Source of the DNA: Microbotryum violaceum
Lineage: Eukaryota
Direction: 5' to 3'
DNA length: 64,000 nucleotides
Assembly (NCBI GenBank): GCA_001244265.2
Contig: CDLV01000011.1
Coordinates: forward strand, 620,001 to 684,000
The notes beneath the pieces are model-generated. The model worked only from the letters and a program-made list of their open reading frames with translations. It was not told the origin of the DNA and did not search any database. A program made the position numbers and the translations under genes. This document shows, piece by piece, positions 13,069 to 26,836 of this stretch (within the stretch, counting starts at the first letter, position 1; each line of letters opens with the position of its first letter).

Positions 13069-13966
13069 AGTGAAAGGAGGATGTAGGTGTGTGTGTGTGC
13101 GTAGGGAGAAAGATACCGAGACGGAATTGTGTGGAATGAAACCAACCGAGGCGGCCGCCCAAAGATCGATGTCTGCTCTTGACCGAGACTTTTGACTCGC
13201 CTTTTTTGATCGATCAAGCTCACAGGTCTTTCGCTTGAATAGGCACTTTGCAGTTCAGCCAGTGCTATCTTTTGGCGATATGATTTCTAGCTGATCTATA
13301 CTAACATCGGCTCTCGATTCGGTTACCAATCGGAAAAAGGTCGGACTTTTCGAGCGGATCCGACCGCCCGCCAGCTACGACAACAGCCCGTGGACGCACA
13401 GACGCCGGCGACCGATCTACATCGATTAGGGGGTAGGACGATGAATCTTATCAATCAGCTCGTCGTTTGACATTTTTCTTCTTGAGACTTGTATCCACCC
13501 CAGCGCTCATTAAGATTTCTTTGCGTCACTTTCCCGCTCGTCCTCTGCATTTTTCACACATTCCTTCAACGAAATGTCCTCGGTTCAAACCGGGGAAGGA
13601 CAGCGGGTCGGGTCGGGCGTTTGGGCCGTCGGCCTTTTCAGCTCCGACTCGTAGTTGACTCGCCTTTCAACTCGATCGGGCTAATGGCTCAAGTACGTGT
13701 CACAATAGCACCACACAGTGAGCGAGCCGGATTTGACCTTTGCTAAACACTCAGCCAGACAGGTAGCCGGTGGTGAAGCGTCGTCGTACGTTCACAAGTC
13801 AGCCTTTCTCAGTGTATCCCAAGGTGGGTTGGGTGAGAGATGGCAATTTTCATGCGGACATGAGCGTAAATCAATGCAAGAGGTCGGTATAACAAGGAGA
13901 ATAAACGCGTATTGAGGTGGTGAAAGGCGTATATGATACAATCATAAACTCAGACGGACTTCAAGA

Positions 13967-16900
13967 TCAGGCCTGAGAGAGATGAGAAAATCATTCATCA
14001 GTGCTCGACGCTCAGCGTAGATACAGTTTCGAAAAGAAGGACTGACCAGGTACCGCAACAGCTTGCGATCATTGTCGCCACGCTCGAGATACTCCTTCGT
14101 GATCAACCTCTCTATCGCCTTCTTAATCATCACTGGCTGAGGCTTGAACCTCGCTTCAAGTTGCTTGATGCACTCCTGCACAACCTCGCCATACTGAGCT
14201 TCCTTCCTCCCCTTCATTATACGCACGATCGCGGCCTCGCATTGGATATTACGCGCCTCTTCCACCTTGTCGTCCGTATCACGACGTTCTTCGGGCGTTT
14301 CGACTTTACTTATGACGAGTTGCACTTTGATCTTGGCCATGGGGCTCGTGAAGTCGGCGTTGAAGGAGAATTCATCCTTGTCGCCGACTTCACGACCTTT
14401 GGGGTGTTTAAGAAGGATTTTGTGCTTCCCACATGCGAGGGATTGGAGCTGACGTCGAAGCTCGGTAGCGACGATCCCTGTCGACGAGGAGATTTGCTGT
14501 GTGTGGGGTGGGCAACGGCTCCATGAGTTATCGGTCCTTTCTCAGGCTCCACAAGGTGACTCACAGAATACGACAGCTTCTCGTCGTCATCCAGCCCTTC
14601 AAACAAGCTCAAAATGACCATCCCATGCGTCGAAACATTAAGTTCATGCGACCTCGCGTTGAACTTGGTCTTGACGTCGACATTCCCGAGGTCCGATCTG
14701 AACGTCAACTTCCTTCCCGAATGCTTCTGGTTGTAAAACTTCTCATAATACTTGATCCCGTCGCGCAAAATCTGGGGTAAGATGCACGTCGGTTCTTTGT
14801 GGTTGTAGTGCCAGACGTTGGAGCCGCAGATGATCGGCTCGAGCGAGAACGGTGGTTCGTCGACCTGTCGCGCCGTGTACCGCTTAAATTCGGCCAGGGT
14901 ATCCTCCGAAATTTTAACGTCCTTCATCATTCCTTCAGCAGCTTGGGTGAAGGCCGCACCGGCTTCGATCTTGAACTTGGCCAACATGTTGCGTTCGGCA
15001 TCGTCCGAGACGGACTTGGATGCAATCAACCGTTTGGCCAGATGCGTGTTGTAGTATTTCTCGAAACGATCCTTCTCCGTGAGGTAGCGGAACAGGGCGA
15101 TCGTCTTGTTGAGCACGTCGTCGACCTCGTCTTCGGTTTTCTATCGAGGTGACCGCGCAGTGGGTCAGCTAAAAGCTATCGCACACAAGACGCAGACCCA
15201 CTCACCCCTTTTAGCCCCTTCTTCAAATTATCATCAATGTACAACGAGATATACTCCGGCGAACTATCGTTGTCATTAACGAACAACGCAAACGCCTCGA
15301 TGATGCTCTTCTCCAACACCTTGTCGCCCGCGAACGCGTCGCGCAAGATCCGATCGAACTTGTCCTTCAAATCGAGCACGTTCTGCACCCACCCCAGCGC
15401 GGCTTTGGTCTTGGCATTGACGACGGCACCTGACGCTTCCTTGGCTTTGGCTTTGGCTTTGTCCTTTGCGGCGTTGGGGTTGGCTTCGTTCATCTCGTCG
15501 GCCTGTGCTCTCGGTTCGTCGGGAATGACCTTGAGACCGTTGTTGACCTGCTTGCCGATATCGACAATCCATTTCGAAATGCTGATCCTCAGCGCCGCAT
15601 GACCACCACTGACCCTTCCAAATAGAGTGTAGATCATCTTGAGTTCCTCGATCCGATTGTCCTGCACTAAGGTCGCCAGCCCCGAAGCTTGATGATCAAG
15701 AATCGAAGCGAGGTGGTTCGAGATCAACGTCTTTTCCAATAGAGCAACGAGCAAAGGTTCGGTCGTAGCACCGAGGTAGGCTATGGATCGTTCTCTCTCC
15801 TCCACGAGTCGTCGAGAGATGTTGCGCAAGAAAGTTGGGCAGTCGTTCTCGATCAGTGAGCGCGCGCTTTCCTCGCGGTAGAAATCGGCCGATTGACCGA
15901 GGAAAGCCTGTTCCCAAGCGGTACGGTAAGGACTGAGGCCATTGGGGAGGTCCTTGTCGCCGAGAACGGGTCCCCCTCGCCCACCGTTGGCGCTGCTCGA
16001 GCCACCACTCAGGACCGGTGTGCCCGAGCCGGTGCCGTTCGATGCGACCACGGGTAGAGGCACGGCACCCTCATCGGTCAACTCGCACAGGATTTCGATG
16101 GCCCCGTGAATCGAATGGCGCGAGACGACCTCGCCTTGTCGCTCGATGCGAATGACGTTGAGTAAAGTGTGCATGAGTTGGAATGCAACGGTCGAAGGGT
16201 CGTTCGTCGCTCGAGGCCGAGGTGGGGCGCGAGCTGCCGAGGCTCGAGAGGTGGAGGCGGTCGGTGCAGCGACGCCTTTGCCCTTTTCTTTGGTCGAGTA
16301 TAGAATGACGTGGTGGAAGAAGAGCGAGAGTCCCAAGTCCCAGATGGAAGGTAAGTTGCTCGAGCCGGTGTAGACCTTGTCCTGTGACGTCGCGAGGTGT
16401 TCACACAACTCAGTGGACACCCAGTGCTTGATACCAAGTGCTTCACACCCAGTGCTTGACACCCAGTGCCCAGGTCGAGATCTCGGGATATGAGACGTAC
16501 CATGTACTTGAAGACGTCTCTGAGCTTGCTCATAGAAGCCATGTGGTCGTCCCATACGTCCTTGACGGCGTCCAAAAAGACCTGAGCTGCGCTGGCTGCG
16601 GAAAAGTTGCCTTGGCTCGATGCGCCAGATTGATCAAGCGTGGGAGGGAACTTGGGTACGATGCGTTCGATGGTCTGGCTCTCGAGGTGGGAGGAGATGA
16701 GGTTGGCGACCGAGTTGTAGAGCGTGTGGCCCTGTTTGTGCAGGACGAGGTTGTACGCATAGCGATAGTGTTCCTCGAACGAGAGCTTGGACGCGTTGCG
16801 GTGCTGAATCTCTTCGATCGCCGTTTCGAGCTTGGCCAAGGTCGCCATCAGGTCCTGTGTTGGAGTTGAATCGAATATATCAGTAGAGATATGACGGGAA

Positions 16901-17110
16901 TTGTGACCGCTTTTGAGATCGGGAACTGACCTCGCCCGTTGTGTGCTGCTCGTGGTGCGATCCGCCGCCACATTGCCCAACCATCAGCCAAGAGTAGCCA
17001 GCTCATCAGCTGGTGTTCCTTCGAGCCTCACGATCGATTTGGGTGCTCACCTTTTTTGGAGCCCTGACTTTGCTCTTGGTCGGTCCCATCCTGGCTTTTG
17101 GGGCCATCAT
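13967..17110 (-). CDS. CUL3: Cullin-3
   Basis: NASKLSFEEHYRYAYNLVLHKQG, PEYISLYIDDNLKKG, KDRFEKYYNTHLAKRL, FYNQKHSGRKLT and the neddylation region EAAIVRIMKGRK...IKKAIERLITKEYLER; multiple introns. Confidence 0.95.
16417..16471. repeat. Intronic minisatellite, about 4 x 14 bp (acacccagtgcttg)
   Basis: acacccagtgcttg ataccaagtgcttc acacccagtgcttg acacccagtgccc inside a CUL3 intron. Confidence 0.85.
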
Positions 17111-17497
17111 GATTGCCGGTGGAGGGGCTGCGCTACGAGGCAACTAATCCTAATCCCGGTCCGAGCGCCGGCTTGGGTCGCCTATTACGCGTCCGATGTT
17201 GCACCCGGCTCGGGTATGGACTAAATTGGGATTCAGTTGATGTTGGGTGAAAGCGCAGTGGGCAGAGGAGAGCTTCGGTCACCGCGGGGTGGGGCGAAGA
17301 ACGGAATGGACGGCAGTAGTAGCTGTAGCTGGCAAGAGGCCAAAGGAGGCCAAAGGAGGCCAGGCGCCGTCTAGCGCCGTTCGCTGATCGACTCAACTGC
17401 CGAATCGCTTAACTGTGATGTCTCCTCTCCTCTCCTTCGCTGGTCGATCGCCTCGGACGTTCTGCCCGACCTCTCGTTCGAATTTTCATCGCTGACC

Positions 17498-18388
17498 ATG
17501 AGCCTCTCCTCTATGGCCCGGACAAGTCTGCGATCCCTACACTTTCAACGAGCAGCAATCGTCTCGCACTCGCCCTTCGCAGTCCACCCAACATCGTCAT
17601 GCTCGCCACGATGCTGCATCTCCAACACCGCCGTGCGCGCCATTGCCTCCACCTCGAGCGCACCTCAACAACTCCCCTGGTTCGTACAAGACGAGCCTGA
17701 ACCCTCCCCCTCCTCCTCTTCCTCCTCCTCTTCCTCCTCCTCTTCCACCTCCCCCTCACCTCCCACGATCGCCCCCTCTCGACCACCCCCAGACGACATC
17801 CCCACCTCCCTCCATCCACTGCACGACCACCTTGTCACATCACCCTTCTTGGATCCTAGATCCATCGCTTATATCGATGCCCAGTCCGCCGATCCGGGGG
17901 CAAGTTGGACCGATTGGATCGTCGTGGCTACTTTGAGGCACGGCAGGGAAAGAGGGTTGAGAGGTGCGATCGAAGGTGTTCGAGCATACGTAAGTAGACG
18001 ACGATTGTCGGATACAATCGTGGTCCCATCTTTTCAACCGAAGCACTGAACGAGACACCGCTCTATCTAACAGCTCGCATCTAATCCGATAGCACTTTCC
18101 ACAAACTCGTCGGATCGCGCTTTCGCACCTTCCCATCCGACCGTCACTGGACTCCCCAACGCCCCATCAAGGCATGTCCGATCACGCAACGCAGGCAAAG
18201 GAGGTGGATCGACGTCGACGACTGCAGATTGGGCCATGGTCGATGCGGGAGACCTGGTCGTGCATGTCATGACCGCCGACGCGAGGGAGGTGTGGGGGAT
18301 TGAGGGCTTGTGGGAAGCTGTGGGGAGGGACAATCAGAGACAGCAGGAAAAGTACGAGGCTGAGCAAGGTGGAGGGCAAAAGCTCTGA
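17498..18388 (+). CDS. Mitochondrial RsfS/Iojap (MALSU1/ATP25 N-terminal-like) ribosome silencing factor family protein
   Basis: Arg/Ser-rich presequence-like N-terminus, PWFV motif, DWAMVDAGDLVVHVMTADAREVWGIEGLW; intron about 17989-18073. Confidence 0.8.
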
Positions 18389-18936
18389 GCAGAGAAGTCG
18401 AAGAGGGTCTCGTGCAAAGTGATCTCGCGCAGCTCCTTTGCCTTTAACCGATCGCGATCGTGAGAGTGTGTACTCGAGGGAGTGGTGTCGACGTTGCATG
18501 CTCTGCCTCAGTAATCCGGAATTGATGGTTCTCCGACGCTCGGAAAACCTGGCTGAAGGAGTGATAGAACCATGTCGCAACATAACGTAGCGTTGTCCTT
18601 CAGGGGCGCGCCGAGCGAAAGCCCCTATGACTGCAGGCCGACGAGCGGGCTTCGACCGCTCCTATGCGCCTCGAATTAGTCGTAATCAGCCAAGAGAGCG
18701 AGTTTGATGCAGTAAAATTAAAGACCTTGTTTCCCTCTTTTCCGGTGTATTAGACATTCGTGATAGAAGGACAAATCGACTTGCTTGTGAAAATCGATCT
18801 GTTCCTATTTGTAAACTCGAAAATGATGATTAGGCTCGTGACTTACCGCTGACAAGTCCTCCGTCTCCCCGCTCTCCTTGGTCCTCGCCATCATTCCACC
18901 CCGTCCATCCTCAATCACCAGCGCCGTTCATCCGCT

Positions 18937-20411
18937 ATGCCTGGTGAGTACTTTTGATGGAGTCTACCAAGCTCTGTCTGTCCGTGCTTGCACCTTCCGC
19001 TCGCTTGCAGCAACGCGATGGGTGCGAGCGGGGGCAACAGCCCGTGTTCTGCTCCCTGATCGCGTCACCTTACTTGGAATCCCACTGCGGCCGTCTCGGG
19101 AAAGCCCATCCAACTCTCGCTGACATATCACCCTCTCGTTGACTCAGGAACCAACCCAGAACTGACCTCACCACCTGTGACGGGCTCATCAACCTCGGTC
19201 TCGTCCAAAGTCGCTGCACCGATCCCAGCCGCGGGCGGCCGCGCCGCGACGCACGCCCTCGCTTCTCGTCGTGAAAGCGTCACCGTCCAGGACTCGCTCG
19301 CCAACAGTGGCAGTGGCAGTGGTGCAGCCTCTTTCTCGTCTTCCCCAGAGGAGAAGAAACATGCGCTCAAGGAGTTTGCAGAAGATGGAAGGCACTTCTC
19401 CCTCGTCAGGTGAGTGGGCGTAGCCAGGCGCTTCGGGGTGGATCATGATCGGGGATCGTCGTCATCGCAAAGGACCCCAGGAACGGCCATCGACAGCTCG
19501 CGCACAATGTCCTACCGAGCGCTGCGCACCCAAGCTGACCATCGCACACACCTTACCTGACAGGAACTTTCGGTTGGCCGATATCGTCACACTCGGCAAC
19601 GGGTTTTGCGGTGCCTTGTCCATCTTCTCCTCGGCCAAGTACCTCCTCACCGCAGATCGAACCTACCTGTGGTCAGTTCATCGCAAGGCATCAGCGATCA
19701 CGTGAACAGAAACGCTTTGCTGATCCATGGTGACGTCGGCTTACAGGCACGCACTTTGGTACCCCGTCGGTGGTTTTATCTTTGATGCCTTCGATGGCAA
19801 GGTCGCTCGCTGGAGGAACGAGAGCAGTATGCTGGGGCAAGAGCTTGACTCGCTAGCCGACTCGGTAGGTCGTCACGCGTCATTTCCAATCGGTGTCACC
19901 GTGACCACATCTAACCTTGAACGAGTGCTAACTTGTAGATCTCGTTCGGTGTTGCGCCGGCCGTCGCCGCGTTCTGCATCGGCCTCCGCACACCCGCGGA
20001 CACGTTCGTCCTTACCACCTTCATCTGCGCCGGGATCGCACGCCTCGCCCGCTTCAACGCCACCGTTGCCCTCGTCCCCAAGGACGACACAGGAAAATCA
20101 AAGTACTTTGAAGGATTGCCCATCCCTTCGTCCCTTTTCCTCGTCGGCGTCATGGCCTACCTCGTCAAGAATGGGATGATCGATGGTCCTGGAGGGCGAG
20201 GTGCGGGTCTACCGGGTGGGATCATTATGCCGCTGAGGGAAGCGTTCGGAATCGACCTTCATTATGCTGCCATTGTTTGGTTCGTTTGGGCGATGATGAT
20301 GGTCTCGAAAACCCTGAGGTCAGTCGTCATTCTCTTCCTGGCTGGGCGCCGCAGCGGAGTATCGTTAACGCATGGGTTTCGCTTTGATCGTTCAGGATCC
20401 CAAAACTTTGA
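18937..20411 (+). CDS. CHO1: CDP-diacylglycerol--serine O-phosphatidyltransferase (phosphatidylserine synthase)
   Basis: HFSLVRNFRLADIVTLGNGFCG, CDP-alcohol motif FDAFDGKVARWRNESSMLGQELDSLAD, ARLARFN, YFEGLPIP, SKTLRIPKL*. Confidence 0.93.
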
Positions 20412-21576
20412 TTCTGTCCAAGACCGAACGATATTGACTGGGCTGCAGGCCATGCGCGCGCAGGTTGAGGCTCAGAGGCATGACCCGGACGTCGCCGAGG
20501 TCTTCTCTCTCCTGCTGTCGAAACGCTACACACTCTTGTACCATTACTACCCTTCTTCTCCGTTGTTCTCGCACAATACCAAAACACGTCGCTATTACAC
20601 CTCATGCCCGCCTTTTTGTAATGCGGGACTTAAGTCATCGAGTGCCGCGAGCAAGCCATCGGGAGGCCGGCCCAGTCGCTCCGTCCACGAGCACGTGACC
20701 TGAGGTTCTTCTGCAGGCGGGATGTCATCACATCCCGAACATGGCTTGGTGCTGCGCTACACCTGGGCCTGAGGAGATGTCACTGCCGGGATCCATTGGA
20801 ACCCATCAAGGATGAGCTGTACGACCGAATACGCCATTCAACTTAAAAAAACCCGTGGAACGGATGCACGAGTCTTGCAAAAGGTGGCAGCTCTGCGAGA
20901 CTCTGTGCGGAAAGTCCACTCTGCGAGCTTCTGGCGCATAGTGGCGGACTGTTCCGTGCTTAATTCACCAGCTTCTGCTCCAGGTCCATCCCTGCTTACC
21001 AGCCAGCTCAATCGCCAACCGCCTGAGTGTCCTCGGATCATGGTATTAATTGGTGGCCAAAAGGACGCAGGACGAGGCCCAAGCGGCCGCGCGGGAAGTG
21101 GGGGCGCGCTGCGTCGCATAGACCCGCCATCTCGCCCGATGAGTGACGAGGGCGCGTCGAAACGCGCGCGCCTTCCCCCTCGTTCAACTCTTTGGCCTCC
21201 TACGCCGGTCGTTAAGTGCTCTCACGAGACCTTCGAGAGACTGGTGGCGGATGGGACAGCCATCGTCCTCAAAGTTGTCTGTCCAGCCAACGTGGCGATG
21301 GAGGACCTCGGGCTCACTTGGGAATGAATCGCCCTCGTGTCCCTTTCCCTCCCGTCATAACCTTCGTCTACCTGGTTGACGTCCCCCGGCCGAACCGAAC
21401 CCTGCTCCGCACGGCGATATATATCACCCTCACTACCACGAGAACGTCTGCGATCTCCTCTGCCCCTCGGTCGCTACCTCTACCAAAGTCACGGTCTCAT
21501 TTTTTTGTGATCTCGCTTTTTTTTGTTCCGTGAACCAATTCATTCCCGCCTCCGACCTCCACACTACATCAAACGG

Positions 21577-24500
21577 ATGCTTGTCGTTCAGCGCCGAGCT
21601 CAAGGTAAGCAGCCACCCCACTTCAAAGCCACCCTGGTGATCGCGGTCTAGTTCAATGCAGCACCCCCCCCCCCCTAACTCCCACTTTCATGTGATTTGT
21701 GACTTGTAGGCATGGGTGAACCCATTGCTTCATTGAGCGCTTCCCCTAGGGCCTTTACATCAGCGCACGCCATCAAGGTCGTTGCGAGCCAACCGACGAC
21801 TCGAGCAGCCGCCGTGCGCAGCGCCCACCTACGCGCTACAACCCGCGCTACTCGACTCATTGCGACTCGTGCCGTGCGAGGCCAAGCCGTGTTCACCACC
21901 AAGGTCGCTTCGGGACCCGTCAAAGCCGTTGTCTCAACTTCTGCCAAATCCGACGCCTCGGCACTTCCCAACCCTAAAGCCGGAGGCGGTCATTTCGTCT
22001 CTGCGCAGCCTTCTATCGTTCGCTCGGCGCCTCGATCCCGAACAACACTCGCCGTCAAGACAAGATCGGTCGAAACCGGGTTCTCGACCCCTTCGAAAAG
22101 TCCCGTCAAGGTCGTCAAGCCTGCTGATGCCGCGACTAGCGGCGAAGAAGCTAGCGCTTCTACCAGGGCTGCGGCCACTTCTGCTGCTGCAACTCGACCC
22201 CGAGCTGCGTAAGTCCTCAATACAATCATGGAGACAGAGAGAAAAAAAATCAAACTTACACAGGTCAATCCTCCGCATTCAGTACCGCGACTGCGCGGAA
22301 CGTCGACCCTCAGGGTAACCCTGTCCGACCCGAAAATTCGGCCACCACAACCGAACGAGTCTTCGGCAGCAACGCCTCTGCAACAAAAATCGCAGCCGTC
22401 ATCACCACCCGAGCTACAGCTCAGATCCAGGCAATAGCTTCTTCAACGGCGCCGGCAACGACGCAGATTGCGAATTCGCCTTTTGCGAACTCGCCTCCTG
22501 TGGCGGTGGCTCAAACCCAAGCGGCGGCTCAATCGAAGTGAGTTAGCTCGGTGGGAGCGAATGGCCGCATTTTGGGTGCTGACGCAGTGAGACCTTTTCC
22601 TTCGTACAGCGAAAATACACCGAGCATTCTTTACGCGAGTCTGGCTGCTACATCATCCGAACACATCTTCAGCGGAGGACCCTCGACCCAGATCGCAGCT
22701 GTCTCTCAAGCGGCGGCCACGACAGCCGCCGTTGCTGGAGCGTCAAGCGGGGCCGCTCAAGGTAGTCCTGTACCCATCTCGGTCGTCGGTGGAGTGAGCG
22801 TTTCAGAAAGCGCTCAAGCCTCGGCGACCGTTGCCGGCGGATCCGCTCCCGCCGCCTCCTCGTCGGCCACGGCCTCGGGAAGTTCGACCGGTACAAATAA
22901 GGTCGGCAGCGGCGTTGGTCTCTTTCGCAACTTACCCCGATCGACTTCTCTCGCTCTCACCGTCCTCCTCGTCTTCGCCCTCCTCGGTCTCTTGGGCTGC
23001 TGCTGCGGGTGCTTCATCATGCGACGACGCAGGCGTCGTTCGCGCGGCAACCAGCTCGGCAGCGAGAGTGGCAGCATTCGGGAGAAATGGAATGAGAAGT
23101 ACCCTAGCGCACGAGAACTCAACGACAACGAGGTCGGAAACCCGTTCGGCGATGGTGCTCGAGTCGAAGATGACGGCGAGGACGACGACAGTATCCAGCC
23201 CGAGGCGCTGTGGCGACGCCGCTTGAACCGACTCAACAACTCGTCTGGATGGGACAGCGCGAACCCTCAGATCCAAGCGCCTCAGTCCATTGCGACGGCG
23301 GACATGACCGAGCGACGAGGATCGTTCAGCACGTGGACTTCTTTCGATGGTGTCGGAACATTTGACGAAGAGTCCGAGATGCGTGCGGGAAGTCTTCGAC
23401 AGCGACAGGCTTCGCACGACATGTCGATCTCGGGCTACAGCATCGACCCGCCCTCCGTCGTCTTCGCTGGGGAGCAGGCTCAACAAGCCCAGCGCTACGG
23501 TCAACATTTCGGCTTGGCAGCCGCTCGTCACCCCCTCGCTATGTCCTTCATCCCTCTCACACCTTCGCAATACTCGGAGCACAGCGCCGACATGACACCG
23601 ACTGGATCGCTGAGCAGTTTGCACCCTTTCACCCCGACGTCACGAACTCGCGAAGCCTTGCCGGACTTCGATCTGGTCACGCTCAGCTCCAATTCCCCTC
23701 CCGTACCCGCTTCGAGCATTCGTCCTCCGACTACGCCCGGAGCCTGGCGCTCCTCCCTCGACAAGGTCATGGGTTCGGCCATCGAATTCCTTACTGGCGA
23801 GTCCGATAGCCGACGCGGCTCGTACGGCTCGCTCGACGATCGTTACACGTCCTTCATGGCCCCTCGTCGTGCTCCCCCGACACCCAAGATGAGTGGGGCT
23901 GGGCTTGCACGCGCCAACACGATCTCGGTCCCTCCCAAAGCCGCCGCGACGATGGGCATGTTCGGTCCTACCGATCGCAGCGTCCACCGACGTTTCTCTT
24001 GCGACTCAATCGACTCAAACCCTACCGATGCGGTCGAGGTCATGACAGCCCGGCATCTCGGCTCGGCCAAGGGTGTTCGCACTTCGCTTCAGTCGGTAGG
24101 TGCTCCGAGGGCCTCGAGCGATACCGAGTCAATCAAGCCTAGTCGTACAGGTCTTGGTTTGCCCGAATCGATCGTCCCCATCGATGCGACGAGCTACAAG
24201 GTGTCTTCCACGAGCTCGCATCCTCTAGCGCCGACGCAGATCCTCGTCACTGCACCCTCCCCAGAGATGCCCGTGCGACCTTACGCTGGCTTTGCGCCGA
24301 TCGATGATCCCGAGAACGTCTCCCCCACGTCTTCGCCTCGCGTCAACGCAAGCCCCAAAGCTTTCTCGCCATCGTCGCCGAACCCTGCCGAGAACCCTTT
24401 CGCCAAACATAACGCGTTCATTTTGGATCCTCCTTCCCCTCCTCGTGAGCGATCGAACGCGTTTACGCCCTCTGCGACCAGGCCCATCTTCTCTCTCGTT

Positions 24501-25127
24501 TCACTCTTTTCGACTCGCGCCATGGTACCTCCGTCCCCTATCGTCGAGGAGGACGAGGGCTCGTCGACCTCAGGCTCGCCTTCGTCGTTGTTGCACGGTC
24601 GAGCGATCGAGTCGGACGGCAACGAGTCGAGCAACTCGGAGGAATCGCATACACCGACGATTCGTGCCCGTCGGTCTTCGGCCTCATACAGGAACGTCCC
24701 TCAAGCGTTGACCAACAAGGCCAACCGACGACACTCTTTGACCGGCTTGCCGATCGACCTCCTCCCTTCCTCTGAGCAAAGACGATCTTCGGCCTCGAGT
24801 CAGTCGACCCTTAGGACGGGCCCAACCGAACCTATTTCGAAAGCTTTGAGCGTCCGTCGATTGAGTCTCGGTGTCGCAGCCCCTTCGCGACCGTCGTCCG
24901 TAGCGATCCGTCGCTCCGCATCAGTCGACATAACCGCCGCCCGAGCCTCCGTGGTCGCCGACGAGGAATCTTCCGCTGCTTCTTCGGAAGGGAGTGACGA
25001 AGGTATTGATGAGTTGAGGTTGACGCAGCAGCAGAAGGAGAAGAGGTTCGAGCAGATGGAGAGGACGAGGAGCTTGATGGCTGAACGAAGGAGGAGGAGT
25101 GAGGGCGAGTTGGTCCCTAGGGCTTAG
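21577..25127 (+). CDS. Large single-pass membrane protein: Ser/Thr/Ala-rich N-terminus, transmembrane helix with Cys cluster, disordered tail
   Basis: Spliced ORFs 21712-22208, 22265-22538 and 22610-25127; LALTVLLVFALLGLLGCCCGCFIMRRRRRR transmembrane segment plus basic stop-transfer. Confidence 0.75.
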
Positions 25128-25610
25128 TCGAGGGCTTTCTTTCTGTATCATTGGCTTTTGGGGCTTTAAGTGAGACAGTCATTCGTTAATGTTGTTTTTT
25201 ATATATGCTCAGCTGGAATCTGAGTGCATCCCCTTCGATATGATATCTCACTTCTGGTCCTGCCGAGAATGAACGTCCCTCGGGCTCCGAATGTGACGGT
25301 ACACTCCCGAGTTAGATGTGCTGAAACAATTCGATAAAGATGCTATTGCGAAGAAAAGATACTTGAATAACGACTACAGGCCAAAGAAATTTTTTATGAA
25401 GTGCTCTAAAGAGGCCCCGTATCGGATTATCCAAGGCAGAAGAAAAGGGTTGGCTGTGCAAAGGCCCTCATGCTCAGCACATGTACAAGAACGATAGACT
25501 AAAGCTGAGAGGATCGGTAAAATTCGATGCGCTTGCTGTTGCACAGGCACACGCTTTTTGATCGAGGCGGTCCGAGTGCGCAACGGGCGCCGCGGGTCGG
25601 GTCCTCGTCG

Positions 25611-26836
25611 TCACCGGAACCGACCCCTATTCTCACTTTCACTTTGTGATGTTCTTCTCCGCAATCGACGCGCCGATAACGAAGAAGACAAGCTGGATGT
25701 ATCGGATAACGTCATCGTCGAAGAGGCGGAAGCGACGGACGAGCTCGACGCGGTACGTCGCAAGGAAGGGGCGGTGGGGAAAGCCTCATTCTCGTTCAGA
25801 TCGGCGGCGTCCGGTTCCTCCGATAGGGGCTCGATTACCGGTCCGCCGGATCTCGACGCGCTGGGACTGGTCCCCTGTCGACTCGTCGATCGCAGTTCGA
25901 ATCTTGACGATGCTTCGTCCGGTGGATGCGATCTTCGTCTTGATGATGACCGAACGAGTCGTGTTGGTGATGATGGTAAGGCCTCATCGGATGCGCTCGG
26001 TGGGGTAGGCCGGGGCGGAAGGCCGGTGGAGGTCGGGGTGACGGGGCTCGAGAAGGATGACGACGTGAACGCGGTACTAGGGGTTGCGCCGAGCGTCACC
26101 GATCTTCGCAGCCAGCGCATCGACCGTAATGGCCGGCCTAGGGACGAGAATGGGGAGGGTAATGCCGCGTCGGCGAGGGATGTGCTCGGCGTCAAAAGGG
26201 GGTCGACGCTGGATGGGGTAGGGACGCGCTGCGAAATGCACAAGTGGGGGCAGAGACAGGACGTGCCCGAGCCACGCGGCGTGTCAGCCTTCCAGCTCGG
26301 TAGTAAATGCGCTATACATAACAGTGAATGGTGTTCGTGCAAGTTTCGAAATGATTCCGCTCCAAGGGATGAACACCAAGAAGTACTGCAGCGAGCAATG
26401 ATCGCCGGCGATCCATGACGCGCGCGGTCACCAGTGGGTGAATCGTGTGGGTGCGCGCGCTTGTAAACGCGTAGCACTCGCGATTCGACCTTTCGTATCC
26501 GACGCGAATCGGCTTTACTTCGGGTAGATGTACCGCAACACTCACATGAAGTCTTCCATCGCGTCTCGATTCAGTTGTCATAAGCTCAAAAGGGACGTCA
26601 AAGTACGTGTTGGTGATGTCGCGTAGAGGGTCGCGTCGTACCCACGTCTTGGACCTCTCGAGTGCCTTGCCGCCGCCGCCGCCGCTGCTGCTCACCGCCG
26701 TGATCGACGACGAGGACGACCGAGACTTTGACGAGGAGGGCGAACAGTCGACATAACTTGTTGATCTGTTGCAGCGACCAGAGGGGGGTGTCCCATGTGG
26801 AGGAAGAGGCGGTGGAGGTGGGGCAGGGGAGGACAT
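25611..26836 (-). CDS. Hypothetical Ser/Pro/Arg-rich low-complexity protein
   Basis: Overlapping minus-strand ORFs with plausible splice sites; exon structure uncertain. Confidence 0.5.

Noticed and set aside
13570-13602. tRNA-like T-arm (GGTTCAAACC)
   Set aside because: Only a 6-nt loop, with no matching D-arm, anticodon or acceptor 5' half; not called as a tRNA
20400-20411. C-terminal PKL of CHO1 as a peroxisomal PTS1
   Set aside because: Polytopic membrane enzyme whose family ends in a similar IPK motif
21324-21390. VPFPPVITFVYLV resembling the end of the MAJIN domain
   Set aside because: Short match only; the surrounding frames show no other MAJIN-like features
25558-26418. 286-aa + strand ORF
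   Set aside because: Antisense to a Ser/Pro-rich minus-strand gene; no ATG start
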